Notes under the pieces: model-generated | The model's input: only the letters and a program-made list of their open reading frames with translations | Databases searched by the model: none | Told to the model about the DNA's origin: nothing | Shown: piece after piece, positions 25,426-36,560 of the stretch | Numbering within the stretch: the stretch's first letter is position 1 | How the letters are laid out: each line of letters starts with the position of its first letter | Assembly: GCF_006345805.1 (NCBI RefSeq) | Contig: NC_043008.1 | Location: 68,448,001 to 68,512,000 of the forward strand | From: Octopus sinensis | Taxonomy: Eukaryota | Direction of reading: 5' to 3' | DNA: 64,000 bases | Program-made: the position numbers and the translations under genes

Positions 25426-25588
25426 TTATGTTCTTCCTAATCATATGCTGCTACAAATTGCAGAGATTCTACCAAGGGAACGACAAGGTGTCTTAGCTTG
25501 TTGTAACCCAATACCACCTCTGATTCGTCAGTATTTACAAGAAATTCACGGATATGTTCTAGAAGCAAGAGATATTACTATAGTGAAG
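25426..25588 (+). CDS. EXOSC10: EXOSC10 exon (YVLPNHMLLQIAEILPRERQGVLACCNPIPPLIRQYLQEIHGYVLEARDITIVK), HRDC domain
   Basis: ttttccAG acceptor, GTAAAT donor at 25589; 163 nt, phase 2/0; YVLPNHM and ACCNP.PP motifs. Confidence 0.97.
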
Positions 25589-26755
25589 GTAAATAAATAC
25601 TTGTGTTTGTTTTGGGAATGTGTTGAGGCCTAAAGGGACTGAGCTGACAGGTTGTTGATCGTTTGGGTAAGATGAAAGTACAAGATTATTCACCAGATAG
25701 TTGTAAGTTTGTAACTTATTGTGGCACTGACCGAGGTACATAAGTGCTTGCTCCACTTTGTCTGACTGACAAATGTAATACAGACTCTACTCTCATATTT
25801 TTATTATTGACAAGTAGTTACTGTATTAAATATACAATGAAGATTGTTCCAAAGTATGGAAATATCCGCTTATGGAGAATTGGAGCAACCACCCTCCATG
25901 TGCCAACATAGATTATCATCTTCAGGTGTAGGTGGGCATAATAATAATAATAATAATAATCCTTTCTACTATAGGCCTAAGGCCTGAAGTTTTGAGGGAT
26001 AGTCAATTACATCAACCCCAGTGCTCAAATGGTAAAACCCTGAAAAATGAAAGGCAAAGTTGACCTCAGCAAAATTTGAACTCAGAGCATAAAGGTGGAC
26101 AAAATGCCACTAAGCATTTTGCCTGGTATACTAATGATTCTGTCACCTTAATATTAATAATAATAATGATAATAATCCTTTGTACTATAGGTACAAGGTG
26201 TGCTAGTTCACATCGACCCCAGTGCTCAACTGGTACTTATTTTATCAACCTGAAAGGATGAAAGGCAAAGTTGACCTTGGTGAGATTTGAGCTCAGACTA
26301 TAATGGTGGATGAAATGCCGCTAAGCATTTCAGCGGGTATGCTAACAATTCTACTAACTCCCCACCTTAATAATAATAATAATAATCAACCAGGCAATTA
26401 TTAAAGACAGGGAAGAAAATGCTTGTAGACTAATAAATGTAAGTGCCTCCTCTGAGAATAATATATCTGTAAAGGAATTTGACAAACTGATATTATTATG
26501 ATTAATTGGGTAACAAGTTGACTGAATTATTAGCACATTGGGCAAAATGTTTAGCAACATTTTGTCCATTTTTATGATCTGAGTTCAAATTCCACCAAGA
26601 TCAACTCTGCCTTTCATCCTTTCTGAGTTGATAAAATTAGTACCAGTTGAGCACTGGGGCCAATGTAATTCACTTACCCACTCCAAACTTGCTGGCCTTG
26701 TGCCAAAATTTGAAACCTGTATTACTGCTATTAATTATAATGCTCTAATTTACAG

Positions 26756-26879
26756 CAACGTGGTGTTGTTCCTGAGAAGAAAGAATCTGTTTCCATCGAC
26801 CCAAAGTACGATATGAACAAACTTTTAGAATATCCACATGATTTATCTCATCAAATTAATAACAAAGATAATGAACCAG
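26756..26879 (+). CDS. EXOSC10: EXOSC10 exon (QRGVVPEKKESVSIDPKYDMNKLLEYPHDLSHQINNKDNEP)
   Basis: tttacAG acceptor, GTAATG donor at 26880; 124 nt, phase 0/1; PHDLSH motif typical of the post-HRDC region of RRP6. Confidence 0.9.
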
Positions 26880-27723
26880 GTAATGTCATTTCATTTTTGC
26901 TCTGCGTTTTATTCAACACCATCTTTATTTTTGTTGGATTTGTCTATTTACCTATGTCTTTCCTTTCAGAACACCTCTTCCTATTGAATTATAAATGACC
27001 TCTAATAACCTTGATGTTTCCACTGTAGGTATTGTTACACTGCAGTTGATATTAGATAGGAGTGACTGGAGTTATGTACCTTGTTCATATGCGACTGTAC
27101 ACAGTAGCTGTTGAAATATAGATTTAGTAAGTTTAGATGATAGCTTAATATAGGTACAAAGTAATACATTTTGGAGTAGAGGTGTGTTAGTTTAACCAGC
27201 TCCTAGTGTATAGCTGATATTTCTTTTATATACTCTGAACAGAAGAAAATGTAAATCAGCTCTGGTGAGATTTGAAGTTGGCTGGAATGTAAAGGGACAT
27301 TATCAAAACCTGTGAGGTATTTCATTTGGTGCTGCATCAGTTTTTATCCACCACCCACTGCTGTGTTTGCTATCATTTTCTAACATTGGCACATGGCCAC
27401 ATTGATAGAAGGTCCCTTTGCTATGTGGTCACATTGGCCTGAAGTCAAATTGGTATAAAGCCATAAATCTACTGGGAGCTGGTATATTTGATTGGGGTAA
27501 TCTTCAGTATATTACTGGTTATTAGTTTGTCAACTGGAGGAATGAGTGACCTGTGCAGGATTTGAACTCAGACTACAAAAAATGTGACTAAATATTGTAA
27601 ATAGTTTTTTTTTCAGTATACTGTTGTTTTTGCCATTTCATTGCTTTGTGTTGTTGATGATGATAATGTTGTTTATGATGATGACAGTGATGATTAATAT
27701 ATTATGATGACTTGTATTTAAAG

Positions 27724-27839
27724 ACAATTTCGAAGATACTCTGATGGCCAACAAATTAAATGGTGCTGAACTTTCTGATAATTCTATCATGAATCTTAAA
27801 GAACATCCCTTCCTTTCGGCATTTGACTGGTTCTCAGCG
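27724..27839 (+). CDS. EXOSC10: Probable EXOSC10 exon (DNFEDTLMANKLNGAELSDNSIMNLKEHPFLSAFDWFSA)
   Basis: tatttaaAG acceptor (weak, AAG), GTAAAT donor at 27840; 116 nt, phase 1/0, open in exactly the frame needed between neighbouring exons; low sequence conservation. Confidence 0.72.
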
Positions 27840-27924
27840 GTAAATATACAACTACCACTATTTTATTAATGATACACCATCACTTTTGTGTTTGTTTTTT
27901 GTTTTTTTGTGTCCTCTCACATAA

Positions 27925-28460
27925 CTAGTTTTTGTGGGGTGGTGTGGGTGTGCAAAGGGACTAACTAGTCAACAGTACTGATTCCTTCAAAACTAGTTTT
28001 TATAGCTAGGGGTCAGTGATACTGACCCTTATACAATTAAGTTTTTATAGCAGGGTACTGACTATAGTCAACAACATTGATCCCTATAAATCTAGTTTTT
28101 GTGGGTGGATTCAGTAGTAATAACCCTTGTATAGTTATTTTTTGTATCAAGGGACTGACTAGTCAGTAGTATTGAGCCCTATAAAACTAGTGTCTGTTGT
28201 GTGGTACTTAACATAGTCAGTAGCCCTGACCCCTATGCAGCAAGTTTTTGTAGAAGGGACTTATTACCGCCTGTAGTATTTCATTCACTACAAAACTAGT
28301 TTTTGTAGGAGTAGGGACTAAACATAACTAGTAGTACAGACTGTCATACGGCCAGTTTTTATAGGCAGGGAATGACTAGTCAATAGCACTGACTCTCACA
28401 CAACTAGTACTTGTCATGGGTATTGAGTATGGTCAGTTGTATTGACATCCCTGCACCCAG
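27925..28460. repeat. Degenerate ~50-bp minisatellite (CTAGTTTTTGTAG..GGGACTGACTAGTCAGTAGTACTGACCC)
   Basis: Recurring ACTAGTTTTT, ACTAGTCA and CTGACCC motifs at roughly 45-55 nt spacing. Confidence 0.65.
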
Positions 28461-28547
28461 TTTTTGCTGTGGATGACAGTTTTTCTTTGTTACTTTCTAA
28501 TTTTTATTCATGACTTAGAAGGGTCAGTGCCATGACCTTATGCCCAT

Positions 28548-28815
28548 AGGCATATGGCATAGTGGTTGAGAGCACAGGCTACTAACCTCAAGATTCTGAG
28601 TTCGATTCCTAGCAGTGACCTGAATAATAATGATAATAATAATAATAATAATAACATCGAAAAATACCTTAGGAATGAGAACCCAGGTTCGAAATTTCCC
28701 CAAGACACCTGATGAAGGCTAGAGGGTATATCAGCCGAAACGTATTAACAACAAACAAGATGATGACAAATATCTGTCAAATGTAAATAATGTACATAAT
28801 TCCTCATCTCTTAAA
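28548..28815 (+). mobile_element. tRNA-head SINE-like element with a Penelope-like tail carrying a hammerhead core
   Basis: A box TGGCATAGTGG, B box GAGTTCGATTCC, (AAT)n, then CTGATGA-A-GGCT..AGCC-GAAAC at 28709-28741. Confidence 0.6.
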
Positions 28816-30225
28816 TATAGAACTGTATAATTATTATTGTTATAAGGTGGCAAAGTGGCAGAATCGTTAGCATGCCAGGGAAAATGCCTAGCAGCAGTTC
28901 ATGTCTTTTCATTCTGAGTTCAAATTCCACTGAGGTCAACTTTGCTTTCATCCTTTCAGGGTTAATAAAATAACTACTGGTTGAGCACTGGGATCGATGT
29001 AATTGACTGGCACTGCCCCCTCCCCTCAAATTTCTGGCCTTGTTTCTGTTGTTGAAAGAATCTATATATTAATACACTAAGGCCAAAATATGTTACACTG
29101 TTACATGACTAATGGAAGGGAAAAGCAAAGAGCGAGAGAGAAAGAAGAAAAGAAAAGAGAGAGAGAAGTGTTAATGATGTGTGGTAGGGGAAGTAATGGT
29201 TATTATGCTGATGCTGTTGACTTTGCTTTCATCCTTTTGGGGTCAATAAATTAAGTACCAGTGAAACACTGGGGTCAATGTAATCGACTAGTCCCCTTCC
29301 CACAAAATTTCAGGCCTTGTGCCTATAGTAGAAAAAATTATAATTAAGGTGGTGAGCTGGCAGAATCATTGGCATACCTTGCTTAGCAGCATTTTGTCTG
29401 TCTTTACATTCTGAATTCAAATTCTGCCATGGTCGACTTTACTTTTCATCCTTTTGGGGTTGATAAATTAAGTACCAGTCAAGTACTGGGATTGATGTAA
29501 TTGACTGTTCCCCTTCCCTAAATTTCAAGCCCTGTGCCTATAATAGAAAGGATTATTATTATTATTAATGGAAAAGAATATGAAAATCAGTAGAGTTCCA
29601 AACAAAATGCTTTGTGTTATTTCAGCATATCTTTACGCTCTGAGTTCAACAATTCCTGCTGTGATTGACTTTGCCTTCCATCCTTTAGGGATTGATTATT
29701 TAGATATTAGTGAAGTACTGGGTATTAACTAAATTGACTGTACACCCCACCCTTATAGATAGCTTTAGAAGAGGTAGAGAGGAAGCACAGAACATATGTC
29801 CATTCTATTGTAAGTGCATGTCCTTGTCTTAACTTTAGCCATAAATGTTTCTCTATATAGCAGTAGCATCATCATCATCAGCAGCAGTATTGGTTTTAGT
29901 ATGGGTCTTCTTTCTTGAATTCTGTAAAAATGGAGCAACTGTTGAAGTGCTAAAATAGTTCCTGTTAATATTGTAGGATTTGAAGTTTAATTTTTACGTC
30001 TGTTTTTGGTTTTTCTGCATGAATGACGTAAACAATTGTGTTACTGGAAGAAGCAGAAGAGGACATTGGGCAATGTGAAGACAATGTAGGGTTTTGAGAT
30101 TTCCCAACCACATGGTTCTGGGTTCAGTCCTACTGTGTGGCACCTCGGGCAAGTGTTTTCTAATATAGCCTCGGGCTGACCAAAGCCTTGTTAGTGGATT
30201 TGGTAGATAAAAACTGGAAGCCCCT

Positions 30226-30258
<33 letters not shown>

Positions 30259-30958
30259 CTGCCTTTGTGTCTGTGTTTGTCCTCTCATCACTGCTTGACA
30301 GCCAGTGTTGGTGTCTTTATGTCCCCATAACTTAAAAGTTTAGCAAAAGAGACTGATAAAATAAGTATTAGGCTTTAAAAAAATCCTGGGGTCATTTTGT
30401 TTGACTAAAACCCTTCAAAGTGGTGCCCCAACATGGCTACAGTCAAATGACTGAAACAAAAGATAAAAAATTATTTTTATTTATTGGAATCTCAAGGTGG
30501 ATTTAATTGTAGAAAGCTTTGGTAATTATAGACTGCATTATGCTAACATACTTGAACATAGGCATGTACAACCTTTTTCCTTGAGGTAGGCTATACAATA
30601 CGTAGCTCATCATCAGGTGGGCTGTGCTACTAAAACAAAATTCAAGCTAATTTTTCATTAGGTGTGCCATTAGAAAGTCCTATGGACTGCAGCTTGTCTA
30701 TGACTGTTCTATAGTATGCTAACACTGGTACATGCCAACACACATGAGTACTTGCTATTATACAATACTATGCAGTGCCACATGTTAACACACTCTTGTA
30801 CATATACTATACTTCATGCTAACACACACTTGTACACACTACCACATACTAATAAACACATCTGTATACCATGCATTAACATATACCAGTACAGCTTGTA
30901 TATTTCTATCTTTTCTACCCAGATTAAATAATTTCATAAATATTTTTCAATTTTGCAG

Positions 30959-31024
30959 AAAAATTCTCAGAATAAAAATATTGCTGCAGATCTAAAGGAA
31001 TCTTTTAAGAGCCCTTTTACTATG
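30959..31024 (+). CDS. EXOSC10: EXOSC10 exon (KNSQNKNIAADLKESFKSPFTM)
   Basis: ttttgcAG acceptor, GTAAGT donor at 31025; 66 nt, phase 0/0; ESFKSPF resembles the conserved ESF.NPF motif of the metazoan EXOSC10 C-terminal region. Confidence 0.85.
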
Positions 31025-33493
31025 GTAAGTTACTGTAGATGTTGTCTTTTGTATCATCAGTGTCATCATCATCACCACCACCACCACATCTTCCATTTCT
31101 ATAAAAGGTAATCCAGTTCACAATGTAAGATATGTTGTGCATGCAATACAGGCTAATCTGCTTTAATCACTGGTCCCTTCTCTATGGGAAAAGGTCATCA
31201 GCATAATTAAATCAGTTATCACACAAAGCTTTTAGAATGTATGCCTTTGGTAAGCTCATCCATCATAATAAGGCTGTGTGGCTTTATCTCTGTAATGCAA
31301 CAGAATGGCATGTGGTATATTTAGCCTTCAGAGAAAGCTCAAATAGAAGGATTTTTTTTTTGTATTAAAATTCTGTCATCTGAGAAGGTCTATACTCTTT
31401 TAATTTGATGTACATCCAACCATGCCTGAATGGAAAAAAGCCGTTAAATGTGGAAAATGAATCCAAGTATAAAACCTAGAAAGGAGTGACGTACATCATT
31501 TCTCTCTTTGGTTAGTGTTTCCGGTATTGTCCAAAATACACTACAGCACAACAGAATTGCTTCAATGTCTGCTATTGTCCAGACCTTACTGCTATACAAC
31601 AATGCTTTAATTCTGTGACTGAATTATCTCAGATAAAGTAAAGGGTATGTACCATAATCATTCCCATAATCTTCAGTATTACTTTCATTTTCACATTCAT
31701 CTCCTCATCATCAGTTCACCATCATTATTGTTTGTGTGTTTGTACATATATCCGTCTACTCTGCCCACCATTCCTGGGAGAGCTGTGGAGTTAATGTCCT
31801 TAGGTACCTCTTCTATAGAGTTCTATCAGAAGCAACTGTCATTAGACTTTCCTGATGGATTCTCAAGCATGACCAACTGAAACTCTAGATATTATCCAAA
31901 CTTGGATCTCCTGTCAGCTGGCTCGGTTTGAAGAATCCGTCTTTTGATTCTTTCCTGCGATATTCTAATCACATGTCTGTAATATGGAAATTTGACCTCT
32001 CAGTGTGAAGAAGTAGTGCTTGACTAGAGAGACTCCCTAATCTCCAACTTTGTTGAATAATGTTACTCCAGGGATCTTTCAGAGGAATCCCATTTTGGCT
32101 GCTTGTGTCTGTGATTGTATTCTTTGGGTCATTGTCCAGCATTCCAGACCTGCATTCAGTCCTCAAAAGAGGAGGTGGAGTTGATCAAAAAGCCAAACTT
32201 GCTTTCTTCATTTCAGTTTTTACGCCTCTCCTCACTTATGTTATGTACTTAAATATCTAATTCTACTCAGTTGTCTGTTCAGTGTGTGTATCAGATCTTT
32301 GAAAGCCATCTCTAATGATAATTCAAAGTATAAATCCTGATCAGATGTAAAATGTTAATCCCCTTTCAGCCATGACAAGCTTGTGACAGGTGGGTGGGCG
32401 TAGATATTGTTTGCTGTTGTTTTCTGAAGAATGTTAACATCTGAGAAAACTAAAACCAAAAGACAGTGTTTGTTAAACAAAATCCATTGTTATATTTGTT
32501 CAGCACCATGTTACATATGCTCCCTTGTGTATGTGAACCAATGATCACAAGTGCTGTGAACCAATGATCTGTAACCAACGACGCTATTGTTCATAAATAA
32601 TGATATGAGAAGCATATTTCCCCAAATTACACTCTAGTCTTAAACTAGGAAAGAATGAAAGACACATTGGATAATGTAGTTCTTGATACACTTACTTTCC
32701 ATGTGTCTTGCCTACAGGCATTGATGACTGTGGGCTTCCATGCCAAAGCCTGGAGATTCATGATTTTGCTGAGAAACATACAGCAGTGGTTTCTCATTAC
32801 TTTCTGCTATCTTATTTAAAGTTTACTTTGATAGTCTCTTGCTTTCCAGACTTCTTATCCTTGAAGTACAGGATCCATTTAACCCTTGGCATGGTGGGTG
32901 GGCTGGGGACACTGGTTCACATAACATTAGGACATGTCCATACAGCAGTGGGCCTGTCTGACACCTATGTAAAGACCAGCTCTCATCTGAGTGTTGTATA
33001 TCTTAGCTATAGGACCACCTCTTGCTATTTGACCCATAACTAGGACCCTTGACAGTTACTACCATCCTGAGCCAGAGCAAACTTGGGTGTAGTACTATAC
33101 AATGATTAGAAAATGATAAGATCGTAGTTGGAATGGCTTTAGACAGAGGTCTACTGGATGAAGGCTGCCTAGGGCTAAACCACTGCTATTGCAGTCATCT
33201 TAAGTTTGCTTTCATTTAGAACAAGAATGGCAAAAAGGCAAAACATTGTGAAACTGAAGTCAACATGGTGCTATTTCTTCGAAGTTTCAAAACATATTTA
33301 ACATTTGTTTTTGTGTGAAGTCATTAAAGTCTTTGAGACATTTACTTGTGAGGCTTTGGTTATAGTGAAATAGCAGACATTACAGAGATGGCTGCTAACA
33401 TTTTGGAACAAAGATATTCTTGCTTTATTTCGTTTTTGGATTCAGTTTGCAAGATTCTTTATGTGAGTTCGTGTGTTGAAGCATTTTCTGTTG

Positions 33494-33811
33494 TGTCTGG
33501 AGAGATTCATTCTCTTTTAGTGCCTTATAATTTAACACACTCACTGGTAAAATTTCTACTTATTTCTTTTTTTATTTTTCTAAAATTTTCGTTGCGTCTT
33601 GCAACCTTTTCAATAGTTTTGAAAGATCTGATATACATACTGGCTTTCAAAGATCTGATACACACACTGAACAGGCAGCTGAGGCTAAACTAATGAAAGG
33701 GTTGCAAGATGCAATGAAAATTTTAGAAAAATAAAAAATAAATAATTGGAAATTTTACTGGTGAGTGTGTTAAATCATAAGGCACTGAAAGAGAATGACT
33801 TTCCCCAGACA
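33494..33811. mobile_element. Fold-back element/MITE with ~125-bp terminal inverted repeats
   Basis: 33494-33619 is the imperfect reverse complement of 33687-33811 (TGTCTGG...CCAGACA). Confidence 0.8.
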
Positions 33812-36071
33812 TTCTTGCTATTTTCTGGAATATGTTTATATTATTGTTTTGTGTTTCTTTTTTTAGTTCTTTCCTGTTAATCAAAGTGAAGAAGAAAATA
33901 GCAAATCTACAGATGTTGAAATTGAGGTCAGTGTTTCCTTTCATGTTTTTTTATATACACACATAAATATGTATACACACATATATGTATACATACACGT
34001 TTATACATATATGTATACACACATATATATGCACATGCATATTTTATTTATATACACACATAGACACAGGCGTGGCTGTATGGTAGGAAGCTTGCTTCCC
34101 AACCACATGGATCTGGGTTCACTACCAACATTTAACAATACAGAATTTGATCAAATCCTCCTCAGAATATCATGTGTTGGCCATGTCACAAGAGAGTTTG
34201 GATAGTGAAGTTGGTAAGGTACCAGCGAGCTGTCTGAGAAATCTATGATTCATCTCTTCTCACTGTGAAGGTGCATGGCCTAGTAGTTGGGCTGTGGCAC
34301 TCACAATCGCCAGATTGTGGGTTTGAGTCTCCGAGTGGGTGGTGCATTGTGTTCTTGAGCAAAACACTTCATCTCACATTACTCCAGTTCCCCTTTCAAT
34401 CAGTGAGTATTGTTGGCCTGCTTGCCTAGCCAGCAGGGTGGTGGCATTTGAAGGCTGAAACAATGCAAATGTACATTGTGACCAGCGATAGCCTGGTCGG
34501 CCATGTGATCACGTGATCTTTTGCGTTTGGTGCATGGCTAAGATTTTAAAGTCATCCTAGATTGCATCCAGAAAAGGGTCCCTTGACGAGCTGGCATAGT
34601 GTGACTCTCAGACGTTCTCCAGCCTCCAGTCCCTATGCATTTTATCCCCTCTCTCTGCCTTTTCTACTGCTATTTTAAGGCCTCTTCCCCTCAGAGCTAA
34701 CTGGGTTTATATCACCCTCACTTGGACATTTCCAACCCACTCTTTGGACTTCTGGATTTCCCACCCTGTTCCTATCTCTCCTGCAAGTATTGACTTATAA
34801 GGGTTCAAAGGAAACATTAATGGCATGAATTAACCAATCTTTGAGGGCCTGCTCCTTCCTCAAGCAAATAAAAAAGAAATTGAAGCAATAAGGGACTCAG
34901 CAAAGGGGTTTCAGTTTATTGTTTGTTAGAGTTCAAGGTCAGCTTTGATCAAATGTTCTACATGATTCAGGCATTGTGTATCTGTCTATAACTACATTAC
35001 ACAAAGTGACCTTCTTTTTTGAAGGTAATGAGATAGATTTGTCTGCCATTTTAAGCCAACCAGTTGTTCTCATAGGAAGCTGCTTAAATGGCTTGTTTTA
35101 CCTTTTGTTTGTTTATGTTAATGCTTTCATCATCATCATTTAATGTCTGCTTTCCATGCTGGCATGGGTTGGACAGTTTCACATGGAACTGGCTAGCAGG
35201 AAGCTATATGGACTCCAACTATCTGTTGTGGCATGGTTTTGTATGACTGGATGGCCTTCCTAACAACAACTACTTAACAGAGTGTGCTGGGTGCTTTTTA
35301 CATGCCACCGACATGGTTGCGTTTATGCTTCACTGGCACAGGTGTGTTAAAGCAGCACTAGCATGGGTACTTTTTAAGTGGCACTCACACCCGAAAGGAT
35401 AAGCCTGTACGTGTGAAAGACAGTAGTTTTACCTAGCCTGATGTATCTTATCAAGTACAGCAAATTGTCACATCTCCTGGTCCCTTGTCATTTCCTCAGT
35501 GTGGTCCAGTGTCTGAAGATCCTTTCTCACCCTTTGTCCCACATCTACCTGGTCTACTCCTTCCACAGGTACCCTCCACAGTTAGCTTGGCACTTCTTTA
35601 TGCAGCTGTCCTCATCCATATGCATCACATGACTAAAAAGCTTTATATATATATATATGTATATATATATCATCATCATCATCGTTTAACATCTGCTTTC
35701 CATGCTAGCATGGGTTGGACGATTTTGACTGAGAGCTGGCGAACCAGATGGTTGCACCAGGCTCCAATCTTGATTTGGCAGAGTTTCTACAGCTGGATGC
35801 CCTTCCTAACGCCAACCACTCCGAGAGTGTAGTGGGTGCTTTTTATGTGCCACCGGCACGGGAGCCAGTCAGGCGGTACTGGCAATGACCTCGCTCGAAT
35901 CCTTTAACACATGCCACCAGCACAGGTGCCAGTAAGGCGACTTTGGTTACGATCACGCTTGAATGGTGCCCTTTTATGTGCCATTGGCACGGAAGCCAGT
36001 TGGTTGCTCTGGCAGGGGCCAGTCAGGCGGTACTGGCAACTGATTTATATATTTACATTTCCTTTCTATAG

Positions 36072-36141
36072 AAACACTGGAAACTTTTAAAGAAGCAAAA
36101 ACCGAAGAAAAAGATTTGTTCAGAATCAACGTCAAATAAAG
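36072..36141 (+). CDS. EXOSC10: Probable EXOSC10 exon (KHWKLLKKQKPKKKICSESTSNK)
   Basis: cctttctatAG acceptor, GTAATT donor at 36142; 70 nt, phase 0/1; the only open frame; contains the WKL motif. Confidence 0.75.
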
Positions 36142-36379
36142 GTAATTATAGTTACATCTAAATTTAATTTGAGAATTTTTGTTTCAGTGTTGAAGTATAA
36201 GGGAAGGTAATAAAAACCACCACATCATTTTCAAAGTTGGAGAAAATACAATTTATTCAGTTATTTCACTTCAATGAATTCTGATTTTAAATAAGTATTT
36301 TGAAATGTTAAAATAGATAAACTGTAAACAATTCCAAGACCTTGTTAGAACATGCACACTGATGAAGAGGATTGTTGGT

Positions 36380-36560
36380 TGTTAGTATTTTCAGCTATAG
36401 TAATAAGTATTAGTGGTTATGCTAATAAGTATTGGTGCTTATAGTAATTAGTATTGGTAGCTATATTGTAGTTAGTGTTGGTGGTTATAGTAGTTAGTAT
36501 TGTGGGTTATAGCAGTTAATGTTTGTGGCTGTAGTAGTTAGTATTGATGGCTGTTGGTGT
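36380..36560. repeat. ~22-bp degenerate minisatellite (TAGTAGTTAGTATTGGTGGTTA), reverse complement of the array at 62990-64000
   Basis: About seven recognisable units. Confidence 0.7.

Noticed and set aside
31647-32260. Higher-complexity stretch with short ORFs on both strands as a nested gene
   Set aside because: No recognisable domain and no consistent splice structure or long frame. It may be an old TE remnant, but I cannot support a call.
32851-32892. ttccAG...ATG|GTGGGT as the missing EXOSC10 exon
   Set aside because: The phase-0 frame has an immediate stop (ACT TCT TAT CCT TGA), and the other frames do not fit the neighbouring exons.
36359-36370. CTGATGAAGAGG as a hammerhead core
   Set aside because: There is no complementary stem II strand or GAAA downstream. 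At best it is a truncated relic.
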